Assembly: GCA_963719315.1 (NCBI GenBank)
Contig: CAVRBU010000004.1
Coordinates: 32,001 to 96,000, forward strand
Direction of reading: 5' to 3'
Source: an uncultured Planctomycetota bacterium
Lineage (GTDB): Bacteria > Planctomycetota > Planctomycetia > Pirellulales > Lacipirellulaceae
DNA length: 64,000 bases
Part shown: piece after piece, positions 56,076 through 64,000 of the stretch
How the letters are laid out: each line of letters opens with the position of its first letter
Position numbering within the stretch: the first letter of the stretch is position 1
Notes under the pieces: generated by a model
Seen by the model: only the letters and a program-made list of their open reading frames with translations
What the model was told of the DNA's origin: nothing
The model's database searches: none
Made by a program: the position numbers and the translations under genes

Positions 56076-57152
56076 ATGAAAACCTGTTGGATTTGTACAA
56101 TAATAGTGTTAATTTCGTCAGGAGCCGCCTCGGCCGAGTTGACAATCGAAAAGGTCTTTGGCCCGGAAACGCCCGGCGGCACCTACAAGCATCCAGTTTC
56201 GATCGAAGAACTGCCAAATGGCGATCTCTATATTGCCTACCACGGCGGCGAAGCCGAGTACGACCGCGATACGGCGGATTTCGGCGCTCGTCGCCGCAAG
56301 GGATCGGAAAAGTGGTCGCCACCAAAGCCGATTGCCGACACACCGAACCGCGGGGAAGGCAACGCCGTTATCTGGCAGGAACCTGGCGGACTCACGTGGC
56401 TGTTTTATGTGACCCGATACGGGGATACATGGTCCGACTCGATCATCAAATACAAGTATTCCACGGACGGAGCGGAAACCTGGAGCGATCCGGAGATTAT
56501 CTCGTTCGAAAAAGGACTTCTGGTCCGATCGCAGCCTCTCCAACTCGCCAACGGCGATTTCCTGCTGCCGATCTACCACGAGAGAGGAACCGACAAGGAG
56601 CATGTTGGGGAGGAAAGCACTTCCCTCTTCGCCCGATTCAGCAAAGCGACCAAGCAATGGGATCTTACCGAAGAGGTTCACTCTCGGCTGGGTAATATTC
56701 AGCCTGCTGTCGTGCAGCTTGATGCAAAGGATCTTCTGGCATTTTGCCGCCGTGGAGGAGGCTATGGTCATGTCCCGGATGGGTTTATCGTGAGGACTGA
56801 GTCGCACGATGGTGGACTCACCTGGTCGCCGGGAGCGAATACCAAATTTCCAAACCCCAATTCGGCCGTCGATCTCATCAAGCTCCGCAACGGCCATCTC
56901 GTGATGATTTACAATGACAGCTTTTACGGCGAACGCATGCCGCTGACGATGCGGGTATCCACGGATAATGGCACGACCTGGTCCCACGCTCGCAACATTG
57001 TCAACAAACCCGGCGATACGGCCGCCTACCCGTACATTATTGAAACCGCCGACGGGCACATACACGGCGTCTATACGTCGCAAGAACGAACCGTCATCAA
57101 CCACTTTGACCTGGAGGAAGCAGATATTACCGACCACGCGGAAGGCAAATAG
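56076..57152 (+). CDS. BNR/Asp-box sialidase-like protein
   Basis: Asp boxes STDGAETW, SHDGGLTW and STDNGTTW; AYPY; signal peptide. Confidence 0.85.
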   Translation: MKTCWICTIIVLISSGAASAELTIEKVFGPETPGGTYKHPVSIEELPNGDLYIAYHGGEAEYDRDTADFGARRRKGSEKWSPPKPIADTPNRGEGNAVIWQEPGGLTWLFYVTRYGDTWSDSIIKYKYSTDGAETWSDPEIISFEKGLLVRSQPLQLANGDFLLPIYHERGTDKEHVGEESTSLFARFSKATKQWDLTEEVHSRLGNIQPAVVQLDAKDLLAFCRRGGGYGHVPDGFIVRTESHDGGLTWSPGANTKFPNPNSAVDLIKLRNGHLVMIYNDSFYGERMPLTMRVSTDNGTTWSHARNIVNKPGDTAAYPYIIETADGHIHGVYTSQERTVINHFDLEEADITDHAEGK

Positions 57153-57248
57153 GACCCAGCTACACGCCGAATTCTGTCGTCGATCTCGCGACTAGTACCG
57201 TAGTCGGTGCTATATTGAAGCGAATGGTTTCGCGGTTGTCGATTGCGG

Positions 57249-59736
57249 ATGGCACGTTTGATGTTGGGCTACGTGAATCAAACATGGGCGACAAAAAGTA
57301 GTCTGGCGGCAGCATTTTGCGTTCTACATCAACTGACGGGCTGCGCTCTCGCCCACGATGAGGTTTCTCGACCCATAGACCTCCGCGCGGCTCAGATTGT
57401 CGTGCCGGACAATCTGCACGGGCCGGAGAAAGCAGCCGTCGAACTATTCGTTGACGAGATCGCCGCGCGGACGCGACTACGTTTGCCCGTGGCTAATACC
57501 TGGCCAGTGGACGCTGCGACACCAGTGATTGCTATCGGGCCAATTGCAGCGTTAGACCGATTTGCCGGCGGTTTCGCGAAGGACTTCGCCGGTAATGTCA
57601 AACGACTCCAGGCGGAGGGATTCCGAATCCGAACGCACTCGCCGATAGAGCGAGCTCCTGTAATTCTCGTTGTCGGCAATGATTCCCGCGGCGTACTCTT
57701 CGGCGTTGGAAAACTCCTGCGCTCGCTGGACATGTCTCGGGACCGAATCGAATTGCGTGTTCCGCTCGATGTGACGACCGCGCCAGCCATGGCGATCCGT
57801 GGTCATCAGCTTGGCTATCGGCCTAAAACAAACTCTTACGACGCTTGGAATCTGGCCCAATGGGAACAGTATATGCGCGATCTTGCCGTTTTTGGCTGCA
57901 ACTCGATTGAGCTTATCCCGCCGCGATCCGACGACGACTCAGACAGCCCGCATTTTCCGTTGCCGCAGATGGATACGATGATCGGCATGTCGCGGATTGC
58001 GGACAAGTATGGGCTGGATGTGTGGATCTGGTATCCGGCAATGGATTCGAGTTACTCGACTCCCGCTGCCATCGAGGCGGCGGTCAAAGAGTGGGGCGAC
58101 GTTCTCTCGAAATTGCCGCGCGTCAATGCCTTGTTCGTGCCCTCCGGCGACCCGGGCAATGCTGGGCCACGTGAACTCATGCCGATGCTTGCCCGCCAAG
58201 CCGATCAATTGAATCGCATTCACCCCGGCGCAGATGTGGGTCTCGATGCAAAGCTTCACGCAACCCGAGTTCGACGAGATGCTGAAAATCCTTAAGGAGC
58301 AACCCCAATGGCTGGCGGGTATCGTCCATGGTCCACAGACGCGCGTCAGCGTTGCCAAGTTGCGCGAGATCCTGCCCAGTCGTTATGCGATCCGTGGCTA
58401 TCCCGACATTACGCATTGCATGCGGTGCGAATATCCCGTCCCCGACTGGGATTTGGCCTATCCGCTCACCGAGGGACGCGAGGTCATCAATCCTCGGCCA
58501 TTGGACGAAACAACTATATTTCGGCAATACAGAAACCGCGCCCGAGGAGTGATCACTTATTCCGAAGGTTGCAATGACGATGTTAACAAAGCGATCTGGA
58601 GCGCCCTTTGCTGGAATCCCGATGCTCAGCCGATCGACACGTTACGCGAATACAGTCGGTATTTCATTGGTGAAAAGTACACCGACGACTTTGCCCAAGG
58701 ACTTCTTGCGCTTGAACGGAACTGGCGAGGGCCTCTGCTGACGAACGAGGCCGTAACGACAACGTTGCAACAATTTCGCAAGATGGAGCAAACCGCGGAG
58801 CCGATCACGCTCCGCAACTGGCGATTCCAGCAAGCACTCTACCGGGCAACGTATGACGCCTATCAACGATCACGGTTGATCGAAGAAACGGCGCAAGAAA
58901 ACGAGGCGATGAACGACCTGGCCAATGCTCCGGCAATCGGAGTCAACCGGGCAATTGATGAAGCGGAATCAATTCTCGACCGTGCCGATGCCGCGAGAAG
59001 CTCCAGCCCGCTAGGGGAGCGCGTGAGGGAACTGGCCGAGGCTCTTTTTCAAAGCATTGGCATGCAGCTCTCGGTCGAAAAGTACCGCGCCATTGAAGTC
59101 GGGCGAGGTGCCAACCTTGATGAAATGAATGTGCCCCTCAACAGCCGAGTCTGGTTGAAAAGCCGCTTAGCCGCGTTGCGAAAACTCGACGACGATGCCG
59201 CTAAGCTCCGCGGCATCGACGAGATTCTTCAATGGACTGATCCGGGCCCCGGCGGATTCTACGACGATTTAGGCAACCCCTCACGCCAGCCTCACCTCGT
59301 TCGCGATGTACCATACGAAAAGGATCCCAGCTTCCTCGAAACTCCAACCATCGGATTTCGCTCCGAGCCCTCTTGGAGGCGGTCTTGGTGCACGCACGTT
59401 GACGGCCACTACCAAACGCCTGTCACGATGCACTATGGCAATCTGGACCCCTCGGCGAGGTACAAACTGCGTGTCGTCTACGCGGGGGACAACTTCGAAG
59501 TCCGCGTTCGGCTATTCGCAATTTCTAATTCTGCGAATGCCGACAAGCAAGAGATCGAAATTCATCCCTATCAATTAAAACCGCAGCCCGTGAGTCCCAT
59601 CGAATTTGAGATTCCCATCGAGGCAACGTCCGGCGGTGACCTCATGCTTAGATGGCAGTCAAATTCCGAACGAGGCCACGCGGGCCGCGGTTGCCAGATT
59701 GCCGAGGTGTGGTTGATAAAACTCCACGTGAATTAA
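57249..59736 (+). CDS. Putative glycoside hydrolase-like protein (GH67/GH20-type N-terminal domain; frameshift near 58235)
   Basis: AEGFRI...VVGNDSRGVLFGVGKLLR; ORFs 57243-58295 and 58234-59736 join; YSEG motif shared with the protein at 14069-15818. Confidence 0.65.
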
Positions 59737-59854
59737 GTCCGTCTTCCAATCTCAGTGCAGTTCGCGGGATCGGGAACCGCCTCTGATTCTCTCCGCCGGT
59801 GTGGCTGAAGAAAAAGTCCACGGGATCTGCCGCTTTTTGAGCCGCTTCCACTTC

Positions 59855-60877
59855 TTAGCGGAACCAACGTCGGCTGCCGCATAGGCCCGTAAAACTGAAC
59901 AATGCGATCCCCAGTACCAAGCTCGACGGCTCGGGAACGTCAAGGTAATAACCCACGATCGGCGCCGCGGTATCGCTAGCCCACTCGCCATCGTTGCCGG
60001 GCGGCGTTGTGAGCTCGCCGCTAGCTTCGAGCGAGAAGGAAATATCGATCGTGCGGCCGAGAGCCATAATCGGCTCGCCGCGCTGGCCCGGCTGAGCGCC
60101 GGGGTAGCTCATGAAACCAACAAACGGCGCGACCATCTCCAATTCATGCCCGTCGGGCGACAACGCGCCCCGAATCAACCCCTGGTAAACCGGTCCTTTG
60201 TCGGCGACAAACGTGATGCTTGTTCCATCGTGAAGATCATGATCGCCGGAGGTGGAATCGCCAAACATGACCCACTGCGAGTAGTAGTCGTACGTCCCCG
60301 GCAATATGTTCACAATGCCCTGTTTTTGCTCTTCCTCTACCGCGGCCACTTCAGGGTCGCTCGTCGCTCCGTGATTGATGTAGTGGCCTGTGTTGAACGC
60401 CCCGTCGTAGAATTCAATCTCCATGTTCATGTCATAGCCGTTTGACGACGGATAATATCCTCCGTCGCTCAATTCGTAGCCAGTCGCGTCATTGTTGTCG
60501 ACGTCGATCGTGACAATTACATAGTATCTGCCGGCCCGTCCGTTGCCATCGGCCTGTCGCTGCGTGTTGCCGATCACTCCGCGTGCCCGAAAGTAGGCAT
60601 ACAAGTTTTGCTCATCGTGAGCGAATTTGTACTCCAGTATGTCCACGTCGGGATGGTCGGGATTTTCGGCCAAGGGCGCCGGGGGAGCGCCGTGCCAGTC
60701 CAGAGTCTCGTCATTTAAGGGATCCGAATAGGATGGCAAAGCGATCCAATCATCGAATGAGCCGTCGATCTCAATGTGCTGGATCGGGGCGCCAATGACG
60801 GCGCCGCCGAGCCATCCGAACGCCATCGCCGTGAGTGGATAAAATGTCCGCCGCAAAAATTCACGCGTTCCGCTCAT
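59855..60877 (-). CDS. PEP-CTERM protein with an uncharacterised domain
   Basis: RBS AGGAGA; signal peptide; C-terminal VPEPSSLVLGIALFSFTGLCGSRRWFR. Confidence 0.85.
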   Translation of the reverse strand: MSGTREFLRRTFYPLTAMAFGWLGGAVIGAPIQHIEIDGSFDDWIALPSYSDPLNDETLDWHGAPPAPLAENPDHPDVDILEYKFAHDEQNLYAYFRARGVIGNTQRQADGNGRAGRYYVIVTIDVDNNDATGYELSDGGYYPSSNGYDMNMEIEFYDGAFNTGHYINHGATSDPEVAAVEEEQKQGIVNILPGTYDYYSQWVMFGDSTSGDHDLHDGTSITFVADKGPVYQGLIRGALSPDGHELEMVAPFVGFMSYPGAQPGQRGEPIMALGRTIDISFSLEASGELTTPPGNDGEWASDTAAPIVGYYLDVPEPSSLVLGIALFSFTGLCGSRRWFR

Positions 60878-61134
60878 CAATAAATCTCCTAGTATAAGGG
60901 CGATCCGTGTGCCGATGTCGTCGAGAGAGGGGCCACATGGCCGCACCTCAACTCGTAACGAAAGACCGCCTGCTAATCACGAAGCCCGCGACAAATTAGC
61001 CCAGAAGGGGCACGATCGCCGGTGAGAAGTGCATGAGCGCTGAGATGGCTGGAGTAGATAGACTGCCCAGGTGCTCGATTTCTATCAAGATGACCAGGAA
61101 TTGTCAATCACCGCGCCGCCAGAAGCCCAGGAAA

Positions 61135-61267
61135 CTAGTGCTTTGTCAAAGCTAAAGATTTGGGTTGGCAGATCAGCCGTAGGGCGCTAGCCCACGGTTG
61201 TTGTCGCTCCAACCGTGGGCTAGCGCCCTGCGTCTAATCCGAAGAGCAAGCTTTGACAAAGCACTAG
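61135..61267. mobile_element. MITE-like element (CTAG target) containing a GTAG-type REP hairpin
   Basis: Perfect 19-bp IR CTAGTGCTTTGTCAAAGCT (including CTAG); internal perfect 20-bp stem 61181-61200 / 61210-61229. Confidence 0.85.
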
Positions 61268-62414
61268 CACCGACCATCATCAATAGGGCTGTATCGGGCT
61301 CCGGAACCGCAGCCGACAGGGCAGCGCCGCTGCCCGCGCCCGAATTGTCAAACCGGGTGCGCCACTCGGTATAGTCGGCGGCATTCACGGTGCCCGGTGT
61401 ATCGACTTCATTCAGCAGCGGCCCGCCGTTCCGCCAGAGCACGTAATCGGCAGCGTCCACCGAGCCGTTTCCGTTGTAGTCGCCGGGTACGGGGGAGCCA
61501 AGAGAATAACTCACAATTGGAGCTCCGGTGTCACTTGCCCAAGTGCCGTTGCTCCCAGGCGGCGCAAATAGCTCTCCGCTGGCTTCCAGCGAGAACGATA
61601 CGTCGAGCGTCTTGCCCAGGGCCATGTTGGGATTGTTTCCGGTGTCTTTCAAAAACCCTTTGAACGGTGCGCACATTTCGAGTTCATGCCCGTCGGGAGA
61701 AAGCGCATACGATACGATCCCCGGTACCACGGGCCCTTTGTCCCGAACGATCGTCAGCGTATCGTTAGCTTGATATACCCATTGCGTATAGTTGTCGTAA
61801 TTGCCTGGGGCCGGCTGAACAAACCCGGGAGTATACGGTCCATCGTTATTTTGAGTCCACTGACCGGACGTGAGGTTTAAGAAGTCCTGGGTGAGTTCCT
61901 GTTGAGTGAGCGCGTCATGGCTCAAGTAATGACCCGTGTTGAAAGCGCCATCGTAGAATTCAAGTTCCATGTTCATGTCGTATCCGCGCGACGTTGGATA
62001 GTAGCCGCCTTCGTGAAGCCAATAACCGGTGGTGTCGCTATTATCGACGTCGATGGTGACAATGACGTAGTAGCGGCCCGCTCGGCCGGCGGATTGCTGC
62101 TGTGTCGCACCGATCTGGCCACGTGCCCGGAAGTATGCGTACAGGTTCTGCTCGTCGTGGGCGAACTTGTATTCCAGCAAATCGACATCGGGATGATTGA
62201 CATAAGTCGGCGCATCAAATTGTCCGCTGTGGTCCGTGTCGTGCTGATCGTTCAGCGGATCAAAATAAGACGGCACAGCATTCCAGTCGGCAAACGAGCC
62301 GTCAACAACGATTTGCTGCACCGGAGCGCCAGCAACAACGCCACACAGCACTGCGACTCCTATCACGGCGAGTGCACATTTTGCCTGCCGCAAAAGCTTA
62401 TGCCAGCCACCCAT
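61173..62414 (-). CDS. PEP-CTERM protein, paralogue of 59855-60877, with an extra dockerin-like motif; tail altered by the MITE
   Basis: Shared EYKFAHDEQNLYAYFRARG and GRYYVIVTIDVDN motifs; GDYNGNGSVDAADY; VPEP. Confidence 0.85.
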   Translation of the reverse strand: MGGWHKLLRQAKCALAVIGVAVLCGVVAGAPVQQIVVDGSFADWNAVPSYFDPLNDQHDTDHSGQFDAPTYVNHPDVDLLEYKFAHDEQNLYAYFRARGQIGATQQQSAGRAGRYYVIVTIDVDNSDTTGYWLHEGGYYPTSRGYDMNMELEFYDGAFNTGHYLSHDALTQQELTQDFLNLTSGQWTQNNDGPYTPGFVQPAPGNYDNYTQWVYQANDTLTIVRDKGPVVPGIVSYALSPDGHELEMCAPFKGFLKDTGNNPNMALGKTLDVSFSLEASGELFAPPGSNGTWASDTGAPIVSYSLGSPVPGDYNGNGSVDAADYVLWRNGGPLLNEVDTPGTVNAADYTEWRTRFDNSGAGSGAALSAAVPEPDTALLMMVGASALSKLALRIRRRALAHGWSDNNRGLAPYG

Positions 62415-62447
62415 CGATGATTTTCCTGGGGAGTTAGGGGGTTCTAA

Positions 62448-62566
62448 GTCAAGATTCGTGTATCCGTCGTTGTTGCGATCTTCACTTCCGTCGCAAACGT
62501 CATCTGCATTTAGCCCGTGCTCCAACTCCTACTTGTCGGGCTTTCCATCGCCATTTCAATCGCTCG
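62448..62566 (-). pseudogene. Remnant of a pectate lyase-type C-terminal tail
   Basis: PSD*NGDGKPDK*ELEHGLNADD...DRNNDGYTNLD resembles DSDGMPNAWEIAQGLNPNN...GYTNLE at 48.2 kb, with two in-frame stops. Confidence 0.55.
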
Positions 62567-62816
62567 GAGAGCAATTGCGTGGTCAAAAGTGCTAATTGGG
62601 GGCGTGAAAACTCTGGCGACTGGTTTTATGCAAAAAGGTGGTTTCCATGGAATTTTGATTCGGGCTGGCTTGCCAACGCTGCGTCGCAGGAGTGCATTAT
62701 GATGATCGGCTCCCCAAAGCCAAGGCAGCCGACGGACAAAACGAACGATGCATAACCCGGTAGGATGTCTGTAGAATGATCGAACCGCCCAGATCGCTCA
62801 ATGCGTCAGAATCGAC

Positions 62817-62938
62817 GGTAGTGTCCTAATTTGCGGCGTAACAAGCTTGTTGCACGGGCTTCAGTCCGTGATTCTCGTACGGACTGAAGTCCATGCTACA
62901 TAGTTCCGGTCCGAACGGCGCCATTTTAGGACGCCACC
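62817..62938. mobile_element. MITE-like element with an 8-bp target duplication, containing a REP-like hairpin
   Basis: Imperfect IR GGTAGTGTCCTAA / TTAGGACGCCACC; flanking direct repeat GAATCGAC (62809-62816, 62939-62946); internal stem GGGCTTCAGTCCGT / ACGGACTGAAGTCC. Confidence 0.8.
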
Positions 62939-63016
62939 GAATCGACCGATCGCAGTCATTCGACGCCGTGGTTGTACAAACAGTATAATGTCAACGTTAC
63001 TTTTAGGAGGTTTGCC

Positions 63017-63931
63017 ATGCGAAAAAAGTCCCTTTCCACTGCCTGCGGTTTGCTCGCGATGTGCTTCATCGGATTAATAGGCTGCGGTAAGGGGAAATCC
63101 AATGCTCCGGTAGCGGGCCAGGCTCCCGCACACCACCATCACCACGACCACGGAATGTCTCGCGGCCCACACGGGGGACAAGTCATAGGGCTCGACATCG
63201 AAAGCTACCACGTCGAGCTAACGCACGACCCGGCGTCGCATCACGTGGGCGTCTACTTGCTGGGTGAGGATGCGGCGACGGCGGCGCCAATTGAGGCTGC
63301 CTCGGTTACGATCGACGCTTCGGTTGGCGACACGTCGGAGAAATATACGTTGCCTGCCGTCGCCCAGCCGGGCGAGGCCGCGGGTAAGTCGTCGTACTTC
63401 GAACTGGTGAGCGAGCCACTCGATACCGTCGTCTCGGGCCAATCGGGTTCGCCGATCGGAGAGCTGCAATTTAACGTAACCATTGCAGGAAAGCCCCAGG
63501 TGGGCACAATCGGCCTGCAAGATCTGGGTGACGCCTTGGCGAACCTTGGCGGTGGCAGCGCCACCTCCGACGACATTTTGTTGTGGCTCAAGCAAATCAA
63601 CGAACAAGGCTATGATCTCTCCCTAGGCCACCATGGATCGTCGCTGCTGGCCGGTAGCCAAGTGGAACCGGCGGTCCAGATCACGCGAGAGGGGAAGCCC
63701 GTCGCTGACGCAAAGGTGTTCAATTCCCTGCTGGACAGTGACAGCCATACGATTTTGGCAGAAGAAGTCGCTACCGTCTATGAGCCGCCGGCTGGCGATG
63801 AACCGTCCCATTACGCGCAAGGCTCGCTCAAGATCCCATCCGGCACGCGACAGGCCATTCTCCGCTACCGCATCATCCTGCCGGAGGGCAGGGGAGAGCA
63901 CACGTATGATGTGCCCGTGGCGGTGAAATAA
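63017..63931 (+). CDS. His-rich lipoprotein, probably metal-binding or efflux-associated
   Basis: RBS AGGAGG; lipobox LIGC; HHHHHDH...GPHGG...YHVEL motif; GHHG. Confidence 0.7.
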   Translation: MRKKSLSTACGLLAMCFIGLIGCGKGKSNAPVAGQAPAHHHHHDHGMSRGPHGGQVIGLDIESYHVELTHDPASHHVGVYLLGEDAATAAPIEAASVTIDASVGDTSEKYTLPAVAQPGEAAGKSSYFELVSEPLDTVVSGQSGSPIGELQFNVTIAGKPQVGTIGLQDLGDALANLGGGSATSDDILLWLKQINEQGYDLSLGHHGSSLLAGSQVEPAVQITREGKPVADAKVFNSLLDSDSHTILAEEVATVYEPPAGDEPSHYAQGSLKIPSGTRQAILRYRIILPEGRGEHTYDVPVAVK

Positions 63932-64000
63932 GCGCGTCGGCGCGCTGTGAGGTCTCGGCTGGGGTTGCTGCATACCATCCAGCGGCCTGATTGCCAGACG

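Overview
Planctomycete DNA, most like Pirellulales/Lacipirellulaceae: it has a planctomycete extracellular signal motif, several PEP-CTERM proteins, sulfatases and Tat-exported oxidoreductases. Many single-base frameshifts suggest an unpolished long-read assembly. The flanks (1-19 kb and 43-64 kb) encode glycan, sulfate-ester and surface-protein functions. The centre (19.9-42.6 kb) is a tandem array of integrative units separated by four direct copies of the 3' half of tRNA-Pro(GGG), each starting exactly at the 7-nt anticodon loop. Units B and C share the same left and right end sequences with matching arm-type repeats but encode no integrase, so they look like non-autonomous gene cassettes (sulfatase/nuclease-like cargo; a PEP-CTERM passenger-repeat protein). 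Unit D has a different arm-repeat motif, a truncated integrase, mgtE and an arsR-acr3-orf-arsC-arsM operon. Four IS elements have clear ends: IS21, ISKra4-like with a nested IS5/IS1182-like element, and IS3. The unrelated IS21 and IS3 elements share a covarying 38-nt bulged hairpin. Two REP-containing MITEs lie near the right end, and one of them disrupts a PEP-CTERM sorting signal.
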